From: a virus
Reading direction: 5' to 3' (one strand)
Virus record (IMG/VR): IMGVR_UViG_3300003322_000128
Coordinates: 34,784 to 98,783 of that record
DNA length: 64,000 bases
Below the pieces are notes generated by a model. It had not been told where the DNA came from. It saw only the letters and a program-made list of their open reading frames with translations, and made no database searches. Below are positions 55,090 through 64,000 of this stretch, piece after piece; positions within the stretch are counted from its first letter, which is position 1, and every line of letters begins with the position of its first letter. The position numbers were made by a program, and so were the translations under genes.

Positions 55090-58000
55090 ACTCCATTTGC
55101 ATGACTACTATTCAACTCTTGATGGATTGAATAGTCCAGAAGAATATATGATTCGCGCAAAGGAATTGGGAATGACCCATCTTGCGCAGACTAATCACGG
55201 TACACTTCTTGGCCACCGTGAATTTCAGAAGGCTGCCAAGAGTGCGGGCATTGTCCCTATTCTTGGTGTTGAGGCTTATATTTCGCCCACCGACCGTTTT
55301 GACCGTCGAGCTAAGGCTAAGCGTACTGATGGTACGAATGTCTATAATCACCTTATTATCCTGTCACAGGGTGAGACTGGTTTGAAGACTCTTCAGACCC
55401 TCAATGAAAAGGCTTGGACAGAAGGATTTTATAACAAGCCACGCATTGATATGGAGCTTCTTGAAGAGCATAATGAAGGTCTTATCATTTTGTCTGGATG
55501 TCTTAATTCGATGCTGTGTAAGGCAATTGAGGCAGGCAATTATGAAGAGGCTGAGCAGATTGCCCTAGAGTTCAAGCGTATTCTTGGTGACCGATTCTAT
55601 ATTGAGGTTCAGGCTCATAATCCAAAGAAGATGAATGAGGCTCTATTCAAGATTGCTGATAGCAATGGCATTAAGCCTGTTGTTACTTCTGACTGTCATT
55701 ATGCTCGAAAGGAAGAGCTTTGGATTGAAGAGGCTATGCTGATTCTTTCAACAAAGCCCGGATTTGGTAAGGAATTTGACTTCAGCAAGTCTCAGAAGAT
55801 GGATATGCTTGAGAGGTTTAACTACCTATATCCTGACCGTAAGATGACATTCGAGGAAATTCAGATTTATATGAAGTCTGCTGAAGAGCAACTTAATGAT
55901 TTCCAGAAGAATGGATTTGAGCGTGAGGATATTGTAAAGAATACTGAGGAAATTGCTTCTCGAATTGAGGAGTATCCTTTCCACCAAGGTCTTGACCTTC
56001 TGCCTCGCCCAAAGAATGGAAATCCTGATGAGCTTCTGGAAAAGAAGGCTCGGGCGGGTCTTCGTAATAAGGGTCTGGATAAGAATCCAGAGTACGTAGA
56101 GCGTCTTAATGAAGAGCTTGAGATTATCAAGAACAAGGATTTCTCGACCTACTTTCTGATTCTTGCCAATACGATTAAGTGGTCTAAGGACCAAGGAATT
56201 TTGGTTGGTCCTGGTCGTGGTTCTGGTGCCGGTTCTTTGGTCAACTATGTTCTTGGTATTACGGATGTAGACCCGATTAAGTGGGGTTTGCTGTTCTTCC
56301 GATTTATCAACCCTGAGCGTAATGACTATCCTGACATTGATACAGACTTTGAAGACCGTAGGCGAAATGAGGTCAAGGATTACCTAACCCGAAAGTTTAC
56401 TCATGTCGCATCTATTGCTACTGTGGGTTACTTCAAGGATAAGGGTGTTGTTCGAGATGCTGCGCGGGTTTTCCGTATTGAGCAGTCAGAGACAGATGAA
56501 GCACTAAAGACTATTTCAACATATGAAGAATATCTGACTTCACCTGCTACTGAGGCTTACCGAAAGAAGTATCCAGAAGTTGAGAAGTTGGCCAATGAAC
56601 TTCGTGGCCGAATTCGTCAGACTGGAATGCACGCGGCGGGCATCGTTATCTCAAAGGAGCCTATTGCAAAGTATGCTCCAATCGAGACTGCTGCTGACCC
56701 AAAGGATAAGTCTGCGCCTAGGCGTATGCTTGTTGCAATGGACATGAATGAGGCTGCCGACCTCGGTCTGATTAAGTTGGATGCCCTTGGCCTGAAGACT
56801 CTTTCCGTTATGGGTGATGCTTTGAAGATTATCAAGGAGCGGCACAACCGTGACATTACACTCACAGAAATTCCTCTTGAGGATAAGAAGGTGTATGAGA
56901 TGCTTTCTGCTGGTCATACAAAGGGAGTTTTCCAGTGTGAGGCTGCGCCATATACCGGCCTGATTGTCAACATGGGTGGTATTGATAACTTTGCTGAGCT
57001 TGCTGCGTCCAACGCACTTGTTCGGCCGGGTGCGATGAACACTATTGGTGCTGAATATATTGCTCGAAAGAACAATGAGTCTCCAGTGACGTTTCACCAC
57101 GAAGATATGCGGTGGTTTACTGAAGACACCTATGGTGAGATTCTGTATCAGGAGCAGGTTATGCTTACGATGACTGAATTGGCCGGGATGTCTATGGCAA
57201 CTGCCGATAAGGTTCGTAAGATTATCGGTAAGAAGAAGGATGCTCGTGAATTCGATGCTTATCGTGACGAATTCATTGCGGGTGCTTCTAAGAAGGTTTC
57301 AAAGGCCGTGGCTGAAAAGCTATGGCATGACTTTGAGGCTCACGCAGGCTATTCTTTCAACAAGTCTCACGCTGTTGCATATTCCATGATTTCTTACTGG
57401 ACTGCATGGCTGAAGACTTACTATCCTGTTGAATTCATCTACGCAATGATGAAGAATGAGGAAAAGAAAGAGAACCTTACCGCCTATCTCCTTGAGGCAA
57501 AGCGCATGAAGGTGAAGATTAAGTTGCCTCATGTCAATCACTCTCAACTTGATTTTTCGATTGAGGACGACTCTATTCGATTTGGTCTTGCTGACATCAA
57601 GTTTATCTCTCACAATCTGGGAGCTAAGTTGATTGAAAAGAGGCCGTACAGAGATTATGCCCATTTGTACGAGACTGTGAAGGAAAAGGGAAGTGGCTTG
57701 AATGTCCGGGTTTTGTCTTCAATGAATGCTATTGGAGCTGCAACCTTTCCGGACAATCCGAAGCGTGGCGATGAGAGGCACTTCCTGTACGAGTATCTAA
57801 ATATTCCGGCGTTTGAAATTCCTGACATGCCTGATGGTGTCAGGTCACAATTTACGCCGCTCAGTGCTTTTCGTGAGGACTCTACGAGTATCATCATGGG
57901 AATGGTCAAGAACGTGAAGCGTGGAAAGGGATGGTCTCGGATTGAGGTTGTTGATGAGACTGGTGAGGCTTCTTTCTTCCACAAGGAAGACACACTCATT

Positions 58001-58366
58001 GCACCTGGTAATATGTACGCCATGCTGATTGCCAACAAGCGTCTGGCACGCTATGTAGAAATCAGCGATTTTGTACGGGGTTCTAGTAACACATTTGTAA
58101 GATTTGTGTACACAAAGAACTTTGCATCACTGACTGATGGATTTTATTACGTTGTTTCCAATCAGAGTCGAAAGACGAAGGCTGGAAAGAATATGGCTGA
58201 CATGGTACTTGCGGACCATGATAAAAACCTGTATCCTGTACTAGTGTTTCCGCAAATGTTCCACAAGGCTTACGGATTCTGTAAGGAGGGTTCAGTAATT
58301 GAGGCCACTCTTAAGCAGACTCAAGATGGAGATTCCTTCTTTCTTGATGAAGTAATTCCGCGCTAA
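55076..58366 (+). CDS. dnaE: DNA polymerase III alpha subunit
   Basis: HLHDYYSTLDG, GPGRGSGAGS, PDIDTD, HAAG, KLDALGL, FNKSHA. Confidence 0.96.
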   Translation: MPYCELHLHDYYSTLDGLNSPEEYMIRAKELGMTHLAQTNHGTLLGHREFQKAAKSAGIVPILGVEAYISPTDRFDRRAKAKRTDGTNVYNHLIILSQGETGLKTLQTLNEKAWTEGFYNKPRIDMELLEEHNEGLIILSGCLNSMLCKAIEAGNYEEAEQIALEFKRILGDRFYIEVQAHNPKKMNEALFKIADSNGIKPVVTSDCHYARKEELWIEEAMLILSTKPGFGKEFDFSKSQKMDMLERFNYLYPDRKMTFEEIQIYMKSAEEQLNDFQKNGFEREDIVKNTEEIASRIEEYPFHQGLDLLPRPKNGNPDELLEKKARAGLRNKGLDKNPEYVERLNEELEIIKNKDFSTYFLILANTIKWSKDQGILVGPGRGSGAGSLVNYVLGITDVDPIKWGLLFFRFINPERNDYPDIDTDFEDRRRNEVKDYLTRKFTHVASIATVGYFKDKGVVRDAARVFRIEQSETDEALKTISTYEEYLTSPATEAYRKKYPEVEKLANELRGRIRQTGMHAAGIVISKEPIAKYAPIETAADPKDKSAPRRMLVAMDMNEAADLGLIKLDALGLKTLSVMGDALKIIKERHNRDITLTEIPLEDKKVYEMLSAGHTKGVFQCEAAPYTGLIVNMGGIDNFAELAASNALVRPGAMNTIGAEYIARKNNESPVTFHHEDMRWFTEDTYGEILYQEQVMLTMTELAGMSMATADKVRKIIGKKKDAREFDAYRDEFIAGASKKVSKAVAEKLWHDFEAHAGYSFNKSHAVAYSMISYWTAWLKTYYPVEFIYAMMKNEEKKENLTAYLLEAKRMKVKIKLPHVNHSQLDFSIEDDSIRFGLADIKFISHNLGAKLIEKRPYRDYAHLYETVKEKGSGLNVRVLSSMNAIGAATFPDNPKRGDERHFLYEYLNIPAFEIPDMPDGVRSQFTPLSAFREDSTSIIMGMVKNVKRGKGWSRIEVVDETGEASFFHKEDTLIAPGNMYAMLIANKRLARYVEISDFVRGSSNTFVRFVYTKNFASLTDGFYYVVSNQSRKTKAGKNMADMVLADHDKNLYPVLVFPQMFHKAYGFCKEGSVIEATLKQTQDGDSFFLDEVIPR

Positions 58367-58408
58367 GTGGTTGGGCCTTCGGGCCCAAGCTTACCTATAG
58401 GAGGAAAA

Positions 58409-58600
58409 TTGGCTAACGAGCCTACGCAGATTGACCTTGCCCCATTTTTGGCGGCGGCTGTGGAAGAGGCAGGCGGCGAAATCCGTATTCCATATGACAC
58501 ATTCCGAAACCAAGTAGGGCAGAAGGCACTTGCGATTGATATTGAAGATGACGGAGCAACAGTTGTGCTTCGTGTAGTAGATGGGATTCCAAATGACTGA
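58409..58600 (+). CDS. Hypothetical small protein
   Basis: AGGAGG SD before TTG. Confidence 0.75.
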   Translation: MANEPTQIDLAPFLAAAVEEAGGEIRIPYDTFRNQVGQKALAIDIEDDGATVVLRVVDGIPND

Positions 58601-58943
58601 CCTTGATTTCGATAAGTATCAGCTTGCCACTGCTGATACTGCTATTTATCCCGGAGCGCTTGAGGGAAATGCTGACGCACTTTCCTACGTTGCTCTCGGT
58701 TTGGTTGGCGAGGCTGGTGAGATTGCCAATAAAGTCAAGAAGATTCTTCGTGACAAGGCTGGTCAGGTAAAGTATGAAGATACTCTGGAGCTTTCCAAGG
58801 AACTTGGTGATGTTCTGTGGTATCTTGCCCGATTGGCTGATGAGATTGGTTATCCTCTTGAGGCTATTGCGCAGAGCAATTTGAATAAGTTGAATTCTCG
58901 CAAGGCGCGAGGTGTTATCAGCGGTAGCGGTGACAACCGTTAG
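58593..58943 (+). CDS. MazG-like NTP pyrophosphohydrolase
   Basis: LGLVGEAGE...KELGDVLWY...N..KL..R. Confidence 0.9.
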   Translation: MTDLDFDKYQLATADTAIYPGALEGNADALSYVALGLVGEAGEIANKVKKILRDKAGQVKYEDTLELSKELGDVLWYLARLADEIGYPLEAIAQSNLNKLNSRKARGVISGSGDNR

Positions 58944-58964
58944 TCAGCCTGGTATAATATCAGT

Positions 58965-59159
58965 ATGAATGTGAACGGCTACTTCCTCCGGGGAATCAAT
59001 GAAGACAACATTTTGGTCTTTAGGTCTGAGGACCCGGAGGAATTGCTACGTATTATTCAGCGGCTGTGCGCCAGTCGCGATAAACAAATTAGGGCGCTAG
59101 CACAAAAACTTGAAATTGACTGGAATAGTCGAAATTACAATAAGGACAATAAAAAGTAG
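58965..59159 (+). CDS. Hypothetical protein
   Basis: Likely leaderless ATG 6 nt after TATAAT. Confidence 0.7.
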   Translation: MNVNGYFLRGINEDNILVFRSEDPEELLRIIQRLCASRDKQIRALAQKLEIDWNSRNYNKDNKK

Positions 59160-60181
59160 TGGCATTCGAAGATTTTATGGCTAAACTGGACCCGAAGACA
59201 GCGAAGCGTTTGAAGACAGCTCAGGAAATTGAGCTTATCAAGTTTCCGCTGGCAAGTACGGGTCTAACTACTGCTCTAGGTGGAGGTATTGGAGCAGGTA
59301 GAATTACACTGGTTTATGGAAATACCAGTAGTGGAAAGTCTGTTCTCATGATGCAAACTGTTGGTCTTCTTCAGAAGATGGGCAAGGTTTGTGCATGGGT
59401 TGATGTTGAAGGTACATATGAGAAATCATTTGGTGCCAGACTTGGAATCAACAATGATGAGCTTATTCTGATTCAGAAGAAGTCATTCGGAGCAATTACA
59501 GATTCTATTATGCCGCTGATTCGCGGCGGGATTGACTTGATTGTCGTTGACTCAATTAGTGATGCTCTTCCAGAAGTCTTTGTAGATAAGGACGGAGAGG
59601 CTGTAGAATTCGAGAAGATGAAGCAGCTTGGAGCACATGCAAAGTCTTGTACTATGATGGTTAATGCTATTCATTATGAGAATGAGCAGACGGCCGTTGT
59701 TTTGATTTCACAGACAACCACAAAGATTGAAGCCACCTATGTTAAGCAGGTTCCTCACGGTGGTCAGAAGGTGCCATTTGCATCTTCGCAGATTATCAAA
59801 TTGACTTCTTCAAATACGGAAAATCAGCAAAAGAAGGGAATCACATATATTGGTGATATCCAGATGGAAACTCCAATTGGCCGCAAGGTTGAATTTTATG
59901 TAGAGAAGAACAAGTTGGGTCCTCAGTCTCGTAAGGGTGAGTACGACTTGTTCTATGACGGTTCCTTTGTTGGTATTGATTCTGTTGGAGAAGTTCTAGA
60001 TGCTGCTGAAAAGTATGGCATTGTCACAAAGAAGGGGGCATGGTACACTGTTGAAGAGAAGCAGTACCAAGGTCGTGATAATGTGATTGCGATGCTTCGT
60101 GAAAACGATGTACTGCTGAAGTCTTTGACGGAGAAGGTGAATCTAGTCCTAACGGGCGAACTACCTGATGACGAAGTTTAG
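59159..60181 (+). CDS. recA: RecA-like recombinase
   Basis: GNTSSGKS, IVVDSI, ISQ, VEKNK, GAWY, QGRDN. Confidence 0.92.
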   Translation: MAFEDFMAKLDPKTAKRLKTAQEIELIKFPLASTGLTTALGGGIGAGRITLVYGNTSSGKSVLMMQTVGLLQKMGKVCAWVDVEGTYEKSFGARLGINNDELILIQKKSFGAITDSIMPLIRGGIDLIVVDSISDALPEVFVDKDGEAVEFEKMKQLGAHAKSCTMMVNAIHYENEQTAVVLISQTTTKIEATYVKQVPHGGQKVPFASSQIIKLTSSNTENQQKKGITYIGDIQMETPIGRKVEFYVEKNKLGPQSRKGEYDLFYDGSFVGIDSVGEVLDAAEKYGIVTKKGAWYTVEEKQYQGRDNVIAMLRENDVLLKSLTEKVNLVLTGELPDDEV

Positions 60182-60362
60182 CGATTTCGTTGCACAGAGT
60201 CAGGCAGAAGAGGCACCCAAGGGTATGGATATCTCCGGTGCCTTTGGGTGCCAAACCTGTCACGAGCAGTGTGACGATGCACAGTATTTTAATGTTGAGA
60301 AGATTTTGAAGTGGACTTGTTCAAAGGGGCACATTTCGTATGTTGAGGACTTTGTTCTCTGA
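60168..60362 (+). CDS. Small zinc-binding protein
   Basis: CQTC...WTCSKGH. Confidence 0.7.
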   Translation: MTKFSDFVAQSQAEEAPKGMDISGAFGCQTCHEQCDDAQYFNVEKILKWTCSKGHISYVEDFVL

Positions 60363-60469
60363 TATTATTCGAGATGTCAGTCTATTTTTGAGCGGGTTGC
60401 TTTTGGGGGTAGCTCTGGGAATCATTGCTACCCTCATTTGTGTTTCGGCCTATACGAGTAGGGATAGAG

Positions 60470-60640
60470 ATGTTTGAAAGAATGTTTGAGTGGAAATGGT
60501 TTTACGCAGCCTATTCGTCACGACGTGACTGGGGCGTCGGCTTTGATTTTGCTGGACAGAAAGATTATGCTTTTGCAAGTTTTAGAATCCTAAAGTGGCA
60601 ATTCGAAATTCAGTGGGACAGGGATTATGTCAGAAGCTGA
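60470..60640 (+). CDS. Small Trp/Phe-rich hypothetical protein
   Basis: ORF; start uncertain. Confidence 0.55.
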   Translation: MFERMFEWKWFYAAYSSRRDWGVGFDFAGQKDYAFASFRILKWQFEIQWDRDYVRS

Positions 60641-60953
60641 CGAAATTAAGCGTGATGGTGCAACGCCGGTAAAAAATTCCGGGCGGTCCAAGGGAGTAAA
60701 CAAGGGTGATGCTATCCTTGAACCTTTCCTTGTAGACTATAAGGAGTATAAGAAGTCTTTCAGCGTAACAAAGGATTTCTGGTCAAAGATTTCTACCGAT
60801 GCTATTCATAATGGACGAAGGCAACCAGCACTCAAGTTGGTAATTCGGGAAGATGATGACCCTGAATCAAAGACTCCAAAGACTCGGCTGTGGGTTATTG
60901 GTGATGCAATGTTTCATGAAATGCTAGAGGCATGGAGAGAAAAGTATGAGTAG
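60627..60953 (+). CDS. PD-(D/E)xK nuclease, Holliday-junction-resolvase-like
   Basis: NSG...KGD...VDYK. Confidence 0.7.
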   Translation: MSEADEIKRDGATPVKNSGRSKGVNKGDAILEPFLVDYKEYKKSFSVTKDFWSKISTDAIHNGRRQPALKLVIREDDDPESKTPKTRLWVIGDAMFHEMLEAWREKYE

Positions 60954-61317
60954 ATTTTTTGTCCTGCGAGAAGAGGGCGTTGGACCTGGTGGAGATATCA
61001 TTTTCCGGAAGTGTCATCCAGAATACCAGTGGTATTATGTATGTCTTGATGATGTAAAGATTGGTCAGGCGATGTTGGATACCATGAACCGTTGGACAGC
61101 AATTTCATTTGCAGAGCACAGTGAGTGGTTTAACGTAAATTCAATGGAAGGCTTTGCCACTCGATACGATGCGGCCAGATTTGTTATTAAGCACAATGGA
61201 TATTGGATGCATCAAGAGAAGGATATGAAGGCCAGTCATGAACGTGCAGAAAAGTTTTTGAGAAAGATTATGATGGAAAAGAGCCACGCGATTGTGGTAA
61301 ATTCGGAGGTTTTGTGA
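60946..61317 (+). CDS. Hypothetical protein
   Basis: ORF, coupled. Confidence 0.7.
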   Translation: MSRFFVLREEGVGPGGDIIFRKCHPEYQWYYVCLDDVKIGQAMLDTMNRWTAISFAEHSEWFNVNSMEGFATRYDAARFVIKHNGYWMHQEKDMKASHERAEKFLRKIMMEKSHAIVVNSEVL

Positions 61318-61712
61318 AGTATGTAGCAAGGCCAGTGGAGACGGAAGCGATTCAGTTTACTGGCAAAAATTGGGCGGAGGTAGATGAGTTTTCTGGTAAT
61401 CATCAGATTGACACCAATGCCTATTTGAATAACTTTCTTCCAGCAGAAGAAATGTGGGTTGACATCCCAGAAGATATTGTTGCTATTGTTTGGGTAGAGC
61501 CAAGTAAGCAATGGGCAGGCGTAAAAATCGGGGATTATATTGTCAGAGATGCAGCAGGTGATGTGTATCCTTGTGAAAAGACAATCTTTGAGCGCAAGTA
61601 TGAACCTGTGGAGATGAAGGTCGATGTGAATGTTCAGGGTGTTGTAACGTCTGAGCAGATTAAGAAGGCAGTCGGTCAGAGTATTCAGCAGAGTCGGAGG
61701 TTTCGGGGTTGA
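61314..61712 (+). CDS. Phage protein with PVE.EAIQF...GDYI...YPC...F..KY pattern
   Basis: Motif recalled from a widespread phage family; GGAGG SD. Confidence 0.75.
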   Translation: MKYVARPVETEAIQFTGKNWAEVDEFSGNHQIDTNAYLNNFLPAEEMWVDIPEDIVAIVWVEPSKQWAGVKIGDYIVRDAAGDVYPCEKTIFERKYEPVEMKVDVNVQGVVTSEQIKKAVGQSIQQSRRFRG

Positions 61713-61897
61713 AGCTGAGAATCACTATTCTGCCAAAGACAATAGACGTTGAATTGTCTGATGAAGAATACCAGAGATACCTTGATATAAAGCGCCGGGT
61801 TGATGAAGGAGAGCTTTACGATTGGGAGCTAGATAATTTTTGGGACTGTGAAATCTCTGATATAGATGCAGAAAAGGAGTGGGAAGTAATTGAGTGA
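61709..61897 (+). CDS. Small acidic protein
   Basis: ORF; GGAGG SD. Confidence 0.7.
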   Translation: MKLRITILPKTIDVELSDEEYQRYLDIKRRVDEGELYDWELDNFWDCEISDIDAEKEWEVIE

Positions 61898-62222
61898 ATA
61901 TGAGGACCCAATTTTGACAGTATCAAAGATTACTGAGTTCAATGATATTATCGAATATATGCAGGACCCAGACCTTGATAGGGTTCTTGACCTTGCAATC
62001 AAATGTATCGCAAAGCCAGAAATTAATGCTCAAAAGATTCCATTGGTTATTGTAGAACTTCAGGCAATTTCATTGAAGTTTTCGGTAAAGGCTGTTGAGT
62101 ATGCAACTATCAAGAAAGATAGAGCGGGTACAGACAACAATAACCGAAAGTACATCTATCGCAGCACGAAGGAAGCAGTTGACCGTTTGGTTGATGCTCT
62201 TAAGTACATGGCTAGGATGTAA
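61890..62222 (+). CDS. Hypothetical protein
   Basis: ORF, coupled. Confidence 0.75.
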   Translation: MSEYEDPILTVSKITEFNDIIEYMQDPDLDRVLDLAIKCIAKPEINAQKIPLVIVELQAISLKFSVKAVEYATIKKDRAGTDNNNRKYIYRSTKEAVDRLVDALKYMARM

Positions 62223-62277
62223 ACTAGTCAACCAAGATTTACCGTGCTATAATTAATGTACAATAACAAGACTAAGG

Positions 62278-63069
62278 ATGAAATTGGTAACAAGAGATAT
62301 TGTCCAGGGTCTCAAGTTTCGTAAGCAGCCCAAGGGTTTCGATGCTAATAAGTTGGCTGAAATGCTTGAGGCTGCTTACATGCAACAGAGACGACCTGAC
62401 AAATTTACACAGAAGAAGACTTTTTCCCCAAGTACTATTGGGTATGGTCATGGAACCTGCCCACGATATTGGTACATTGCGTTTAACGGTGCTCATTACG
62501 TTGAGACCGTAGACGCTTTGGGTATTGCCAATATGGCCAATGGTACACAGGCGCATGAGAGAATTGAGGCATTGTTTGATGCTTCCGGGATTCGTCTTGG
62601 AAATGAGATTGAAATCCTGAACGACAGCCCGCCTATTCGCGGGTTTGCCGATGTTGAAATCATGTGGGAGGGCGAGGAAGTAATTGGTGAGGTAAAGACA
62701 ACACGCCAGGAAGCCTTCCTTGTTAGACAGGCAACAATGAGACCTAGCCCCAATCATCTATTTCAGATTCTTACGTACATGAAGGTACGTAATCGTAGGC
62801 TAGGATTTTTGCTTTATGAAAATAAGAATTCTCAGGAATTTCTTATCATTCCAATTGAGATGAATGCCGAAAATGAAAAGTTGATTGACGATGCTTTTGA
62901 TTGGATGCGGCGGGTTTATAAGTCATACGAAGACAATGAAGTTCCCAATAGACCTCTGACTAAGCGTAGTAAGATTTGCAAGGGTTGTCCTTTCTACGAA
63001 TATTGTTGGAGTGATGGGGCTCCTGAAGGAATGGTAGATATTCCTGTAATGGAGGTTCCAAAACTTTGA
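62278..63069 (+). CDS. Cas4-like (RecB-family) exonuclease
   Basis: SPS...CPR, GTQAH, GFAD...EVKT, Q...Y, CKGCPF...C. Confidence 0.9.
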   Translation: MKLVTRDIVQGLKFRKQPKGFDANKLAEMLEAAYMQQRRPDKFTQKKTFSPSTIGYGHGTCPRYWYIAFNGAHYVETVDALGIANMANGTQAHERIEALFDASGIRLGNEIEILNDSPPIRGFADVEIMWEGEEVIGEVKTTRQEAFLVRQATMRPSPNHLFQILTYMKVRNRRLGFLLYENKNSQEFLIIPIEMNAENEKLIDDAFDWMRRVYKSYEDNEVPNRPLTKRSKICKGCPFYEYCWSDGAPEGMVDIPVMEVPKL

Positions 63070-63347
63070 AATGTGCATATGCTGAATGTGGCCAGGAATT
63101 TGAGGCCAAGACACATAATCAGCGATATTGTTCAGATGATTGCTGCCGAAAGGCAACAAACGCCAGGCTAATGAAGCAGTACTACGAAAAGAAGGCCAGA
63201 TTGAAAGGTCACATTCGTGTATGCACAAGCCCGGACTGTGACACTGTCTTGTCTAGATATAATGAGAGTGAGACGTGTCGCAAGTGCGAAGCAGCTCAGG
63301 AACGAAAGAATCGCACCGAGTTGTTGTTTAATCTAGTGGGAATTTGA
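63066..63347 (+). CDS. Cys-rich zinc-binding protein
   Basis: C....C...YCSDDC...C....C...CRKC. Confidence 0.78.
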   Translation: MKCAYAECGQEFEAKTHNQRYCSDDCCRKATNARLMKQYYEKKARLKGHIRVCTSPDCDTVLSRYNESETCRKCEAAQERKNRTELLFNLVGI

Positions 63348-63348
63348 T

Positions 63349-63933
63349 GTGGCACTAGCCAATTTGAAGAAAACAAAAGCCAGCAGAGTCATGGGAATTG
63401 ATTGTTCGACCCACTCTTTGGCGTTCACCATCTTTTACAATCGGAGACCTGTTCAGTGGGGCAAGATTGTATTTGAAGGGGCGGATGTCTTTGAAAGACT
63501 TGAGGATGCCGCCAATAAGTTGCGTGCAGTAAAAGACTCATTCAATGTAGATTACATTGCATTTGAGGGTGCTATCATGGCTAAGGTAAAAAATCCGGAC
63601 GTCACAATTAAACTAGCAATGGTCTATGGAGCTTGTATTGCAGAGCTTATGAGAAAGAATGTAAAGGTTGTCACAGTACAGCCTTTGTCGTGGCAATCAT
63701 TCATTGGGAATCCAAACTTTAAGACTGCTGAAAAGAATGCACTTAAGGCTGAATTTCCCGGAATGTCAGCATCATGGTATTCAACAAAGATTCGTGCCAT
63801 TCGCAAGCAGAGAACTATGGATATCTTCAATAAGAAGTGGCCCGAAATGAATCTTGAAGATAATGATGTTGGTGACAGTGCTGGCATTGCTTATTATGCA
63901 TATCATCAGCTCACGACTCGTGGGACTATATGA
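63349..63933 (+). CDS. RuvC-like resolvase/endonuclease
   Basis: MGIDCS, IAFE, P.SWQ, DNDVGDS. Confidence 0.85.
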   Translation: MALANLKKTKASRVMGIDCSTHSLAFTIFYNRRPVQWGKIVFEGADVFERLEDAANKLRAVKDSFNVDYIAFEGAIMAKVKNPDVTIKLAMVYGACIAELMRKNVKVVTVQPLSWQSFIGNPNFKTAEKNALKAEFPGMSASWYSTKIRAIRKQRTMDIFNKKWPEMNLEDNDVGDSAGIAYYAYHQLTTRGTI

Positions 63934-63966
63934 TATGCTGGGCTTCGGCCCAAGCTAGGAGGAGAT

Positions 63967-64000
63967 ATGAAGGTGGGAATTACCGGTCATCGTCCTGAGA
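63967..64000 (+). CDS. Partial gene, SLOG/DUF1273 (YspA)-like N-terminus
   Basis: AGGAGG SD; MKVGITGHRPE runs off the window. Confidence 0.6.
   Translation, partial: MKVGITGHRPE

Noticed and set aside
55076-58366. Intein or intron in dnaE (also checked nrdJ, dnaB, recA)
   Set aside because: Lengths are normal and motifs contiguous; the LAGLIDADG ORF is separate with no splice motifs
62278-63069. Cas4-like gene as evidence of CRISPR-Cas
   Set aside because: No repeat-spacer array or other cas genes; solo Cas4-like nucleases are common in phage recombination modules
13769-63887. Numerous antisense and alternate-frame ORFs inside large genes
   Set aside because: Shadow frames of well-supported + strand genes
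13500-64000. Scattered GCGG/GCCGG islands in AT-leaning coding sequence as a periodic or AdpA-like signal
   Set aside because: Impression only; cannot be separated from codon-pair effects without counting

Overview
This window is part of a large lytic actinobacteriophage genome. It is a siphovirus whose gene content and regulatory signals point to a Streptomyces host and resemble BE/BK-type phages; that assignment is from recall, not a search. Layout: (1) ~1-8.5 kb is a probable terminal-repeat/early region of small rightward genes separated by conserved stem-loops. It includes a ~1.1 kb non-coding block with DnaA boxes, a perfect CRP site, other host-operator-like motifs and a close mimic of the Streptomyces rRNA-operon leader (boxB-boxA). 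(2) ~8.6-13.4 kb is a leftward block: C5 methyltransferase, PnuC-like protein, ThyX, three tRNA-Thr, an irregular tRNA-Ile and an Rpf-like transglycosylase. (3) Two glycosyltransferases, a class II RNR with NrdR boxes, an endolysin and a candidate ~100-nt sRNA follow. (4) Virion genes: portal, protease/scaffold, capsid, neck, tail, -1 frameshifted chaperone, tape measure and tail tip. (5) Holin and a replication/recombination module: DnaB, primase, SSB, two homing endonucleases, DnaE, MazG, RecA, resolvases and a Cas4-like nuclease. No CRISPR array, integrase or terminase is visible. The best candidate for an undescribed system is an early operon disguised as an rRNA operon, preceded by an array of host-regulator binding sites. 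All calls come from reading the sequence; no searches or computations were run.
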